From the human T2T-CHM13v2.0 reference genome, Homo sapiens: a DNA stretch of 64,000 nt. Below the pieces are notes generated by a model. That model was given only the letters and a program-made list of their open reading frames with translations, did not search any database and had not been told where the DNA came from. A program made the position numbers and the translations under genes. Shown one piece after another: positions 1 to 22,041 of this stretch (position 1 is the stretch's first letter; each line of letters begins with the position of its first letter). Location of the stretch: the NCBI RefSeq assembly GCF_009914755.1, contig NC_060937.1. One strand, written 5' to 3'.

Positions 1-2405
1 TCTCATAACTACTGATTGAAGTATAATAAAATGTAAAGTTGTAATAATACTTGGGAACAAATAATTTTAGCATTAGTACTCATTTTTCCATTTAGTAAAA
101 TTATAGGTTAAACATGGGAGTAAAAATGAATTCAAATAGTTACACTTAAGTGTAAGTGATTGCAGATATGTTAGGTTCCTTGACCCTTACCTGTGATAGT
201 ATTGGAAGGTGAGGCAAAAATAAAACAAAGCCAAACCAAAACAAAAAAAACCATACCAATTTAGAGTAGGGACATGGGAAAGAAAATGAGCATTCCCTTT
301 CTGGGAAGTGTTGTAACTATTTAATATTTTAAAATCATTAGAGATTCATTACCCTCAACCTCTAAATATAAGAATTGGGCCAAATAATTATTGTTGAGGA
401 TATTTGCTTTGATTTCAAACTAGGCTAATTTGTGTAGAGCAAAATGTTACATATCTTCCTTTGAAATTTGGTAACTTTGACCCTTTTCAGAACTCTAGTG
501 TCAGTCCAAGATTTTTGTAATATTTTCATAATTAAGTGTTGGCAGGAACTGTTAATATTCCTAAAATCATATTTACTCATGAATAAATATATTCCTGAAA
601 TAATTATGAAGTTGGCTCAAAGATGTTGAAACAGCAGAATTTTTTTTTTTTTTTTTTAGAATTTTTAAATTTAAAAAGTTTGGTAAATGGGTAGCTACCC
701 ACATTCATTTATAGTAGTATAAGCTACAAGAAAAGTTTAATTGTTGTATCCTCACTGGTATTAATTCTGGTGTTCTTTTTATGTTTAAAATTTAACACTA
801 CAAATTGTTAAAAATTTAGTTTAAGAAAATGATTAAAATCACAATATTGATTAAAGTAATAATCTGAAGAAAACAGCAAAGCTCATATGTGTGAAGGCTG
901 AAAACATGGGTTAACTACGATTTTTCTTTAAACTAGTAACATTACGATTTATAAAAATATTTTCATGTTTTACTAAAATGAATAATATGTTCCATATGTC
1001 AGGATTCTTGGTTACTATAAAATGTATTGATTACAAAACTAATTACACTATTGTTTTAGGTAACTTATGACCTTTCCTTCCCCGTGGTAAGTTCTGGAGC
1101 TCCAACTTGTGACTTTAAGTAGGATTTATACGGCTTGTTATATCTAGGGTAGTGGATAATTTTTTTTTTCATACTTGGCGCTTGTTGTTCTCTACGATTA
1201 GGCACGAACATGAGAGTATTTTTAAAATACTTATATGCAGTTCATTTATGTGTTAGTATAAGGGGCTTTAATATTTTGTGAAGTCTCCAAATCATTAACA
1301 GAGAGCGAGGTTTTTTTTTGTTTTTTTGTTTTTGTTTTTTTACCCCCCACACATATCCTTGGTCTTAAAATCCAACCACATTGGAGCTCCAAAACATATT
1401 ACTGGGGGAAGGAATGCGTCTAAACGAGATCACACCTCTTCAAATGTGGTGTTTACAATCTTGATGCTTGATATTAATCTTGAATATCAATACTTATAAA
1501 CTACATTTACTACAGAGATACCTTGTCTGCTAGCACCCAGGGTTATTCTTAGGATAGTTATTTTTCTGTGGTTTAGACCACAGAATTTGGATTAAAATCT
1601 ACTTAAAACTTTATAGTTCAAAAACAGGTTTGTTTGCTTTTTCTTAAAATTCCACTATAAATTATCTTATTGCTTATAAATCTCTTTGTGAATTATGCAG
1701 GATATTATTTTAGAAAGATAAACTATACCCAGATCCTATTTGCTTGCTTATTGTTGTTTCAGAGTAACATGTAGTTTATGTATAGATACATCCTTTATGT
1801 GGTACTATAAAATTAGGTGTCTCTTGGGTGGGAAGATACAACTTTCTGTTAGAAGTGTAATTTATATCTTTTGGAAGGATAATGGAGTTTCATTGAAGAT
1901 TTTAAGTGTTAAAGTTAACATGGAAGTTTAGTTTATCTTCTTATATTTTAAACATTTGCAATCGTAATCCTAAAACTGTTGCTCCTTTGAGGCTTTTATG
2001 GGGATATATGTAGGTTTCTTTGATTCAGCGTGTTTACGTAGGTTATGTTATTAGACCTACGTTATAAAAAGATTTTCTTTTCCATGAGTTGTATGCTAAA
2101 GGAATATAGAGAAGTGCAGCATATCTTGAGTCTGTGATGGCTTGTATATGTGATTTGGGTTGTATTTAGAATCTTGCAATGAGAGAAGTTTTGGATTTTT
2201 CTGGAGATGAGTTTAAAACAGTGACTTAACTGATTATAGTATTTTGCCACCACAGAGTTTTAAATGTCATTTTTACCAAAATTGAAAGCAGCTTTAATAT
2301 TGTTAATGCAGTTTTATTTATAACAAAATTTTAGAAGTTTGTTAGCATTTTACCATAGATAAAAGTTTTGATGCTATGAATCTCACCCATATTTACTGAT
2401 AATAG

Positions 2406-2501
2406 GCACTTTAGAAGAGAGGCTTCAAATTTATGAAGAAATTAGTAAGCAGCACCCCAAAGCAATTACACCCAGAAGATTACCTTTGACTCTTGTCCCA
2501 G
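2406..2501 (+). CDS. NAA16: NAA16 coding exon 8 (96 nt)
   Basis: aatag|GC...CCA G|gtaata; translates (S)TLEERLQIYEEISKQHPKAITPRRLPLTLVP(G), recognised as NAA16; phase 1-1. Confidence 0.95.
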
Positions 2502-2729
2502 GTAATATTAAGATGTCTTTTATAATATTAATTATTTGTCAGAATTACTCAATGTTATTTATATTTTAGAAACGTGTTTCTGGTATAGAGTTTATGTTTA
2601 CAGCAGTCTTGGAGTTGGGAGTGAACAGTTATGAGTTTATATGTTAAGAGTGTGATACTTCAATGTGTAGTTAAATGTTGATTTTAATATTTGAAGTTAT
2701 CTATATAAATATAAAACTGCTTTTCTTAA

Positions 2730-3068
2730 GTTGATCTCATAGAGGTAGAAAGAATGATAGATATCAGAGCTGGCAAGGGGAGTGTGGGGGAGAGATGAAG
2801 AGAGGTTGGTTAATGGGTACAAACATACAGTTAGATAGAAGGAATAAGTTTCAGTGTTTGCAGAGTAAGGGGACTGTAGTTAACAACAATATACTGTGTA
2901 TTTCAGGATAGCAAAAGAGAGGACTTGAAATGTTCGCAGCACATAGAAATGATAAGTAATCGAGGCGATAGGTACCCTAAATACCCTGACTTGATCGTTA
3001 CACGTTCTCTGTATGTAACAAAATATCATGTACTGCCTAAATATATATAAATAATATGTATTGGTAGA
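2730..3068 (+). mobile_element. L1MA-type 3' end fragment with TSD
   Basis: L1MA 3'UTR motifs (aaacatacagttagatagaaggaataag, taccctgacttgatc); identical 17-bp flanks aaaactgcttttcttaa at 2713 and 3069. Confidence 0.8.
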
Positions 3069-3191
3069 AAAACTGCTTTTCTTAATGTGACTTTTTAAAA
3101 AGCACCGTATTTAGAAGGTAAATTCCCTATAATTAGTGACAAATTATATGTGGTATCATGATTTGAGTGGTAAAAGTTTTGAAGTTTTTGT

Positions 3192-3295
3192 GTTTTTGTT
3201 TTTGTTTCCGAGACAAGATCTTGCTCTGTTACCAGGCTGGAGCTGGAGTGCAGTGGCGCAATCACTGTAGCCTCAAACCCCTGGGCTCAAGCTAT
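3192..3295 (-). mobile_element. 5'-truncated AluJ-like fragment
   Basis: Alu right-arm end; 17-bp TSD agttttgaagtttttgt at 3175 and 3296. Confidence 0.8.
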
Positions 3296-4379
3296 AGTTT
3301 TGAAGTTTTTGTCTTCTTTTTTGAGCATAAATTCAAAGAAATAGTTGTGAGCTGTTTGCACCCACTATGGTGTTTTAAGAACAGAACATCATCATTCCCT
3401 CAGAGTTAACCACTTTCCCGAGTTTTGCTTTTTCTTTTGCCATTACTTTTATTTTTAGAGCTCCATGTATTTTGTATTCCTGAAAACAAAAACAGCTTTT
3501 GTACTTTATATAAATAGGAGTACTCCGGTATATATTCTGTGATTTGCTTTTATTGTACAATAGTATATTCATGACCTTGAGTCGAGTTATTGTATGTAGC
3601 TGAACTCATTTACTTTTGAGCTACATAGGACGTAGACAGTATATTAGCTCTTCAGGTAGCTAGTATCTTTGTTGAGTTTTTAAAAAATTATGTGTTTTTG
3701 TTGAAGTCTTTATTTTTAGTTGTAAGTGCTATAGATTATGAATTGTATATTGGGACTTCTGGTATTTCTTTTGACACAAGTCAGAGTCTAGAAAGCTAAT
3801 ACAACTTAAAAGTATTCTGGAGAGGCGAGGAGTTTATTTTCTATTCTCATAGTGGCAAATATTTGTTTAAATACTTGGGTTATAAGTTTATTTTTACCAA
3901 AATATTGATGAAAATTAAAAATTTTTAGTTGACTTGTGAAATACCTTTTAGAAATGTATTTGATTAGACAGTAGATAGAAATTGATTTTAAAAATTCATT
4001 TTATACTATTGCATTTCAATTCCACATATGAAGAGTAGTGTTCTTCTGATCCTCCATTTTTTTGGTTTTGTTTTTGTAGAATACAGAGAGCAGATTTCTC
4101 TAATGTTTTCCAGGGAACATTAAGTCCAAGTGGATATTAATAGGCTTGGTGGGGAGGGTGTTAGTGTGCTTTTGCTGTTCTTCAGCCAAGTAAGTTTGGG
4201 AAACTGGGTTAGACACAGCTATCAGGTTTCTATAGGACTTCTCAGAGCTTTTAATATACACTTTGTGAATTTCAAAGATGGGAGTATATGCGTAGTGAGG
4301 AGTATTTTCCCTAATAAAAGTGTCTTGTGGAAGATGCTTAGGCTTACATTTCTGTATTTCTTCCTTCTCCTCTTTGTTT

Positions 4380-4695
4380 TAAAAAATAATAGCTTTTTGA
4401 AATATAATCCATATACCGTAAAACTCACTTTTAAAAAGTGTGTGCAATTCAGTGTTTTAGTATATTAATCATGTTGTGCAACCATCATCTCTGTCTGCTT
4501 TCAGAAATTTTTCATGACCCCAAAAAGAAACCCCATACCTATTTCACTCCCTGTCACCCCTCAACCACAGCACCTGGCAACCACAAATCTACTTTCTGTA
4601 CCTATGGATTTGTCTGTTTTTGGACATTTCAAATAAATGGAATCATACCATATGTGGTCTTTAGTTTCTGACTTCTCCTCCTTTTATTGGTCTCA
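4380..4695 (-). mobile_element. L1MB-type 3' end
   Basis: tagctttttgaaatataat...ggacatttcaaataaatggaatcata motifs of an antisense L1M 3'UTR. Confidence 0.7.
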
Positions 4696-6359
4696 AGGTA
4701 TATTTTGTGTTTCACAATATATTGTGTGTGGGGGGGATATTTCCTTAGGAGCTTTAAAATACATTCATATGCTTCTTAGGAAAGAAAGAAACCTCGCTTA
4801 GCTTTAAGATTACGAACAAGACTTCTTTGTTCTCTTTTTCTCATTTGGAACATGGGGCTTCAGGTTTATACTGCCTAAATTTATTTCCATAGACAATATA
4901 AGTTTACTAAAAGCCCTCAATATGTGGCAGTATAGGGTAGGAAATATATTTTTACTGGAAGAGCTTAGAGTTTTTTTTTTTATTGTAAAGTGTGATTTAG
5001 GTTAAAGTGGAACCATCCTAGACTCTCTAGGACATGCTGTCTTTGAAATGCCATAAAAATCTTTTTACAAAACAGGTCTCAGTGGAGGGGTCTGATGGCA
5101 TAGGCTTTCAAGGTCATCATCGCTTTGAGGTTCTGACAAATGTGTATTTACAAAGCTCCAGTGAATATATATAAAATTATGCAAATACTTAATTTTCTCT
5201 GTGCAAAGCCGAATATTTCATGATTTTTTTGCCTGTCTAGAAGTGCTTTTATGTGCAATTAGAAAGCCGTCTTGGCATTATCAAAAGCAGTAAGATCTTC
5301 CTCAAGAAACATGATGCATCTTGAGAATGCAAGGTGAAAGTTTTGAAAAAGCCTTTCCACTTTTTAGGTAAAAGGGCTTCATACCTACAGAACAATAAGG
5401 AAATTTTCTAACACCTGAAAATATTAAGCACTCTAAAAATAATGAAGGGATAAAGCTGCTTTTCAAAATAATCAGTTCATCATGTTCCATTATGCACTGG
5501 CTGAAGGGTAGAGAGAGGGAAGGAAATAATCCAGAGTATTAAACATAGAATACTAATTATATTTTGCTCCATTATTTAGAACGGATTTCCAGTGAATAAG
5601 AAACAGTCTATTCTTGCTGTTTACACTGATTATTTTAGGAATTCATGTAAATATGGACATCATGTTTTGGGGACATCATGCTAATGTATCTAGATGAGAA
5701 TTATTCAGGTAACCTGTTTTGTGAGCAGTAATACTAAACAGGCACATAATAATTGATGGAAAAAATGAGATGGATAAATAATAAGTAATCTGGGGATATG
5801 GTATGTGACTGAGCAGTTGGGTAGCTGTGTAGGCTTCTTGTTTAGGTGATGTATTCACACAGTTGCAAATTAGGTAAAAAGAGTTTATAAGTGAAGTCTT
5901 TTTCTTGTCTGTCCCCTGGCAACTAAGTTTACTTTCCTGAAGACATCCATTGTGATCAGCTGATGGTGTATTCTTCTACAAATACATTGTGCATGTGTGA
6001 GCCAAAATATGTGTGGGAGATTTGTTTAAGGTCACCCCCCCACTGTGCTTTTTGCAAAAGTGCAGTAACATGGATTGATGGATTGCTGCGCACCTGGGTT
6101 TTCTTTTCACTTAACCTCGTATTTGGAGATTAGTCCTGGATCAGCACTTCAAGAGCTTCCCCATTCTTTTTCATACCTGCACAATCTAATCAAATTTGTC
6201 AATATGATCTGAATAGACTGAGAAAGTTGACCAAGGAGGAGTTCAGAGTGGCTTCTGCCATGAAGATAAAAGGCTTGTTTCCTCAGCGGGTGATTGCAAG
6301 AATAGAAAACAAAATATTAACTCGAAAATATAAAAACTGTCAGATATCAGAGAAGATAA

Positions 6360-6545
6360 GAGACATTTATTGAGTGATTACTACGTGCAAGACATTGTTT
6401 ACTGTTATATTCTTATCTCGTTTGAGCCATACAAATGTACTCTTGAGGTCAGTGATGGTATTGCCTTCATTTTACAGTGATAAAACTAAGGTTTTTAATG
6501 GACAAGTTATTTGCCCAAGGTTGCACACAAATACGTGGAGAAGTC
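6360..6545 (-). mobile_element. MIR
   Basis: catttattgag...ttttacagtgataaaactaagg...ttgcccaaggt core. Confidence 0.65.
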
Positions 6546-7317
6546 TGCATTCCTCTAAGAAACAGCGTCTCTTATTGTCTACCACAATATTGTTAATTTC
6601 GTTGTATACCAGAGGAATTACTGGAAAGGTTCGGTCTCTGAAACTATTTTTGATTTTTAAAGAAGCAGTGGTGTATAATTTAACCCAGGATGAAGTTTTA
6701 TGTTGTCTTCGTAATCTGTGATTTTTCAAAAGACCAGTATTTTGTGTATGATCTAATAAGAGATTAGAGATTATCTGAATACAATCTTTATAGTTAATGG
6801 AGTTAAATTTTTTTATGACATCTAATTATATTGAGTATGCATGCATGTTTTGTTCAACATAGTCACAACAAATAAAAATAACCATTTTGGGTTGTTAGAT
6901 TTTGTTGTGCAGTGTTGTGATTCATTAAGAAACCATAGGAGGTCATTTCAGTCATCTTACTTGAGGCTAAATCATTCATGACATACATGTGTTTTTTTTT
7001 TTTCCCCCAAATGATTAGGTAAATCCATGTCCTTATGTATTAGTCCATACTGTCAAAAAATTCTTGTATCTTTGTATTTAAAATTAAAATTCTTTGAATA
7101 TTCTCTGCTTTCAAAAGGTGATGACAAAAATCATTTCTGGGGTTTAGCAATGAAAGAATTATTGACTTGATATTGCAAATAGGGTATTTATTTAGTTGTA
7201 ATGTTAGAATGCCCATGGCTCAGTCTAATGTCTAACATAAATTTACTTTACTTTTATTGTTGGTCTCACTCACTGAGATGTTAAGTTCTATTTAAAAAAA
7301 ATTTTTTTTTTTTTAAA

Positions 7318-7412
7318 TTTTAATCACTGCTATATCCTCAATACCTAGAACAGTACCTGGCATGTAGTAAGTGCTTGACACATTATTGTGGAATGAATGA
7401 ATGAATGAATGA
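7318..7412 (+). mobile_element. L2 3' end
   Basis: cctagaacagtacctggcatgtagtaagtgct...(gaat)n tail. Confidence 0.8.
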
Positions 7413-7780
7413 GTGTTGAAGTAAATGACAAGTTGATTTGGGAAAACATTTGTAAACACCAGCTTAGTGTTTAAAAAGATCTTTTGGCTATCACTTGAAT
7501 ATAGTGCTGGTAGTCTGCTGCAGAGTGCTTTATGCATATCTGCAGGGTTTTGAGCTGTAGACTGAGTGTGCTAGTCAGTGAGAGATTAGGAAAGATATTT
7601 GATATTGTGCTAAATTCAGAATGGATAGTTGATAACTTTTACTTAAAACTATGACTTTTTGGGTTTATAAATTGGATAGGAGCATAATTGCTTCTGAGGG
7701 AGCTTTATTTTTATTTAGAAAATCATTTTAAGAATTGTTTGCGTGAACCAAAGAATAACAAAGTACGCTTTTGTTTCTAG

Positions 7781-7887
7781 GTGAAAGATTTAGAGAACTA
7801 ATGGATAAGTTCCTGAGGGTTAACTTCAGTAAAGGCTGCCCACCCTTGTTTACTACTTTGAAATCTTTATATTACAATACAGAAAAG
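7781..7887 (+). CDS. NAA16: NAA16 coding exon 9 (107 nt)
   Basis: ttttgtttctag|GT...AAG|gtaaaa; (G)[35 protein letters not shown]; frame continuous with exon 8. Confidence 0.96.
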
Positions 7888-8392
7888 GTAAAATTTGGTA
7901 TTTATTCAGATTTGCTATAGTCTTTTTTACTAAACTGTAGAAAGATGTCCATGTAAATAATGTGCTATTACTTAATCATTTTCTTTGTTTCAGTAATGTT
8001 ACCTTACTTTCAGTCATGTACTGAAATTACATGCCTGTAGTATAAGTAATATCAAAGTAAAGGGTTTATGAAAGCACTAAGATTATAAAGGTTGTTTATT
8101 TTTAATAGGTATACTTTTTTTTAGTAGGATTTTAAATTTGACATTGTTACCAAAGGTATATATTTATTTTGTGATTATTATTTTATGGTACAGTTATGGA
8201 TTTTTAAATTAGTTATGCATGCTTTTAAAGTTAGAGCTTGGATAATTGAGTTAGTGCAACAGTAAAATGCAATTTGGTCAAATTACTGGTACAAATTACT
8301 AGGTTTAATCAGTAGGCTACATTTTAATAAATACAGGTTTAGCTAGTTCTTGAATAAAGAATTGTCTTTCTGCTTTTTAAAATTAGAAAATA

Positions 8393-8720
<328 letters not shown>

Positions 8721-9889
8721 TTAAATTAGAAAGATAATTAAAAGTTAATAGAAAGCAAGTTATACTTTTATTTCCAAGTGTTGCTTCTTATTAAAGTCTA
8801 AAATCTTGTTGTCTTTTCTATAGTCAGTTTTTTAAAGTTACTACTGGATAAGGAAAAGATTTTATTAGAAATGCCAAAAAAATTTTAGTTAAGCTTCTGT
8901 CATATTTATTTAGCTTTGATTCATAATAATTTGTAAATTTGCAGTAATTGTGAATAATACAATGTTGGAAACATCAGTTATAGATATAGCTGATTGGCAT
9001 TTTCCTACCTGTGGCAGCAGGTTTCATAAACAAAAGAAACAACTGATGATATCTAGTACCCAGTTAGGAAAAAAACATCATTTATGTTAAAAAAAACAAA
9101 AAAACCCAAAAAACCCTTACAATTCCTTAATGTCTGTTGTATGGTCTATTTGACTGCAGTGTTTCTGTTGTCAGTTTTTTGAGAGATAGTGATTGATTTC
9201 TGTGTAAACATGTACCCGGTGCCTGCCAATAATTTCTCTAGATTATTTAACATTGGGTAAAATTCTTTTGTTCTTTTTGGTGAGGGTGACAGAGAAGAAA
9301 GGTTAGATGAAATGCCAGAAATAAAAAGAAATCTTATGTATGTGAATTAGAGTACTTCTTTTATAACAGTATTGCAGCAGCTACTGACTACAGTGGACAT
9401 TAAAGGATTTGTTTCTCTTAAGCTATCACGGGGCTTTCACAGGGTGTTGTTCATAGGCATAGGCTTTTTACTTTTTAAAAATTCTTCTAATATTGATCCA
9501 AAGTTGCCATTACAAAAATGCTAAACTTTTTTTTTGGTATTTTATATAAAGCATGAAAATTATGTTTTTGAATAAGGCACTGAGAATACACTAATTCATA
9601 CAGGAACCATCTCTTTAGTGTTAATTTTAAAGCAAGCAACAGGAATGCTATTTTATTAGAAATGCCAGAACACCAAGTGTGTTTGCAAAATGAATTAAAC
9701 TGCAGAAAATTGAGCTCCAGTTATCTGAATTTAGTATAGTGAGAAAAAATTTGCAAGTCTAAGAACTGTTTCTCAAATAATTTTGGCCACATGTATCTGT
9801 GATTTACTCATGAGACCATTTTATTTATTTTATTTTTTAATATTTATTTTTCAATTAAATTTTGTAAGTTTTGTGTTTGACTTTTTTTG

Positions 9890-10020
9890 TAGTTTCAAAA
9901 AAATTATTTCAATAGATTTTGGGGAGTAGGTGGTGTTTGGTTACACAGATAAGTTCTTTAGTGGTGATTTCTGAGATTTTTGGTACACCCATCGCCTGAG
10001 CAGTGTGCACCGCACCCCAG
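9890..10020 (-). mobile_element. L1PB-type 3' end fragment
   Basis: ggtggtgtttggttacacagataagttctttagtggtgatttctgagattt. Confidence 0.7.
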
Positions 10021-10249
10021 GAAGCCATTTTAAAAACTGCACATTTCTAAGCAGCAGTAAGACCTGTTTTTAGTAGTTAGCTGGATTTTTAACTTTCGAG
10101 GAAGGATTTCAAGGAGGTGAAGTATGATAAACAGCTATTGTTTGTAAGTTTCCAAATATTAAAGAGTAATTCATGTTGGTATCATGAAAATGAAATTGTC
10201 TTTTGAAGTTAGTTTAGAATGTAGTACAGTTGCAAGAAATGTATTTCTT

Positions 10250-10574
10250 GTTTTTGTTGTTGTTGTTGTTTGTTTGTTTGTTTGTTTGTTTTTGAGTCAG
10301 AGTTTCGCTCTTGTTGCCCAGGCTGGAGCGCAATGGCATAATCTCGCCTCACCGAAACCTCTGCCTCCCAATTCAAGCAAATCTCCTGCCTCAGCCTCCC
10401 GAGTAGCTGGGATTACAGGCATGTGCCACCACGCCCGGCTAATTTTGTATTTTTAGTAAAGACGAGGTTTCTCCACGTTGGTCAGGTTGGTCTTGAACTC
10501 CTGACCTCAGGTGATCTGCCCACCTCGGCCTCCCAAAGTGCTGGGATTACAGGCGTGAGCCACCGCGCCTGGCC
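10250..10574 (-). mobile_element. AluS (Sp/Sq-like)
   Basis: Full dimer; TSD gaaatgtatttctt on both sides. Confidence 0.9.
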
Positions 10575-10625
10575 GAAATGTATTTCTTAAATGTCTCCAG
10601 CATTTAAATTTTTTTGGCAAACTAG

Positions 10626-10992
<367 letters not shown>

Positions 10993-11379
10993 CTAAGTTG
11001 CATAAGGTTTTTAAAAACATAGGTAGGTATTTGAAATGGCACTCATTTTACTTTTGTCAGTGAGGTTTTGGAGAAATCTTTGGTGAAGAAAAGGAGAAAT
11101 TCTCATTTTCCCAGCTTTCTTTAATGTTGAAATAGAATCTTCTATAAACTCTGATATCAAGGTGTTCTTGTCTTTTATAAATAAGAATAAAATATTACTA
11201 AAAATATATTTATATCCCTTTTAAGTTAGATTTTGTTAAAGTTAATATTGTTTTGTTTCTTATTATCCATTATATAGGTGTCCTGTCCATAACAGATAAC
11301 TTGCTGAGATGATATACATTTGCTTACTTGTTTTGAAAAGTACTTAAAAAAAATTGCCAGTCTTTGAGTGAGGCTTTGG

Positions 11380-12328
<949 letters not shown>

Positions 12329-12558
12329 TTAGGTTGCTGTATATAGCATAGAGATTTCAGTATCTTTCATGCTTTACTGAAATAGTATCATTTTTACTGA
12401 AGATAATGATAAGAATATTTCTAACTTAATTTTTTGTGGATATCATCTCATTGAAAATATCAGTTGTGTATTTATAGGTAATAACCAACTTTAAATGTTC
12501 TGGTAATATGTACTGTTTTCTTCTTACAAGTGATTACAAGAAAAAGGGGACAACTTGC

Positions 12559-12848
12559 CAGCCGTGGTGGCTCATGCCTGTAATCCAGCACTTTGGGAGG
12601 CTGAGGTGGGAGGATCGCTTGAGATCAGGAGTTCAAGACAAGCCTGGCAACATAACAGGACTCCGTCTCTACAAAAAATGAAGACAATTAGTTGGTCATA
12701 GTGGCATGTACCTGCACTCCCAGCTACTTGGAAGGCTGAGGTGGGAGGATCTCTTGAGCTTTGGAGGTCAAGGTTGCAGTGACCTGTGATCAGGCCACTG
12801 CACTCCAGCCTGTGCCACAGACTTGAGACCCTATCTAAGAAAAAAATA
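12559..12848 (+). mobile_element. AluJ
   Basis: Diverged dimer with ggaggatcgcttgag J diagnostics. Confidence 0.85.
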
Positions 12849-12890
12849 AGAACATCTCCTACTTTTAGAGAATAACTGTTAAGTACTTGA

Positions 12891-13580
<690 letters not shown>

Positions 13581-14209
13581 TAATTGCTTACTGGCTCTAT
13601 AAAATAGTGTCCATTTCTTCTAAGTGTGAATAAAGAACCTTGCCTAGTAATCTTTTTGATTGGGTCTCAATCCTTCTGTTCCCGAGTTGGCATAACAGCA
13701 ATAATAAAAAATCAAAACTAGAAACAAACAACTAACATAGTATTCACAACATCTGTAGCAGCTTAATGAGAAGATTTTATATGTACCATAGTCTGCTGGT
13801 GGTCTGAGTCATAATGCCAACAAATTATTTCTGTAACGCCCATAGATAAGTTGTCCAGTGGGACAGTGAGTGAGATGTTTGACCAGCCATTTCATATGGT
13901 ACACAACTAATGTGTGTTGTGTATTACCATTTCACATTGATGATATTTATAAGGAATCTTATCTCCTCACTTTTCTGTTGGCATTTGTGTAAGTTTGTAG
14001 CACTCTTCCATCAGTTTCCGTGTTCTCAAATAGTAAAAGTGCTGAGTAACTTGGCACAAAAGTTTAGAAGTAATTTTTCATCAAAAAAGTGCTATAATTA
14101 CAATATAGAAAATTTGGAAAACAGAGGAAAGATCTTAAAAAATGGGAGGGAAGCCCAAACAAAATCCAATTATAAACTGCCACATGACTATACAATTTAA
14201 GAGCATTTA

Positions 14210-14510
14210 CACATTTATTTATTTATTTTATAAATAAGTGAAATAGCATCTTGATCTGTCTCTCAGGCTGGAGAGCAATGAATGGCCCAATCGTAGCTCA
14301 CTGTAGCCTTGACTTCCTGGGTTCAAGTGATCCTTCCGTCTCAGCCTCTTGAGTAGACGCGTGCCACGATGCCTAGTTAATTTTTTAATTTGTAGAGATG
14401 GGGTCTTGCTGTATTGTTCACGCTGATCTCAAACTTCTGGGCTCAAGTGATTCTCCTGCCTTAGAATCCCAGTGCACTGCGATTACAGGTGTGAGCCACC
14501 ACGCCTAGCT
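14210..14510 (-). mobile_element. AluJ
   Basis: Diverged dimer; TSD taagagcattt. Confidence 0.85.
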
Positions 14511-14571
14511 CTAAGAGCATTTTAAATGTAATTCCTTTCACAGTTTTTTTTTGCTGTGAATTTAATTGTGA

Positions 14572-15095
<524 letters not shown>

Positions 15096-15532
15096 CCCCA
15101 GCAGTTTCATAAGCTTTTACTGTGTTGTTATATAATCTTCATTATCCTTTTTAGTTATTACATAACCTTTTAGAACCATCCCTCCATTGTTTGGCTTTTC
15201 AAGTTATTATTAAATATCTTTATACTAGCTTTGCTTAGGATTATTTTCTTCTCATATTTTCTTCTCTCAGAGTCATTCAGTGGGTAAAGGATATGAACAT
15301 TTTTGTGGTTCTTGATAAACACAGATAAATTCGTTTTTCACAAGGTTGTAAACATCAATTTGTATTGCCACTAGCAGTGTGCCTGAAATATTTCCTGTCT
15401 TGTGTTTGTTTTTCTGTTTTTGTTTTCACATGGAAATGTTAAAAATTTAGTGGAACCAGATTTGGTGATTTTTATTTCTGTTGTGGAAGTTCATCTGTTG
15501 TTTTAAAACCATCTTGGAAAGTCCTCTTTAGA

Positions 15533-15830
15533 GCAGTACTTCTTAATGAGGGTGTTGGGGAGTGGATTTTTTCCCCTTGGGACATTTTACGATGTCTGGA
15601 GAGGTTTTTGATTGTCGCTGCAGTGAGGTGAGGTGTGCTACTGGCATCCAGTGTGTGGAGGCCAGGGATGCTGCTAAACATTCCACAAGGTACAGGACAG
15701 CCTTCCTAACAAAGGATTCTACTGTTGACGTGTTGGGCTAGATAATTCTTTGTAATGTAGGGCTGTCCTATGCATTGTAGGATGTTTAGCAAACTCCCTG
15801 GCCTCTACCATCGAGATGTCAGTAGCTTCC
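15533..15830. mobile_element. Two MER20 (hAT-Charlie) copies in opposite orientation
   Basis: gctactggcatccagtgtgtggaggccagggatgctgctaaacat and its reverse complement ~60 bp downstream. Confidence 0.75.
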
Positions 15831-15839
15831 CCACCTATT

Positions 15840-22041
<6,202 letters not shown>

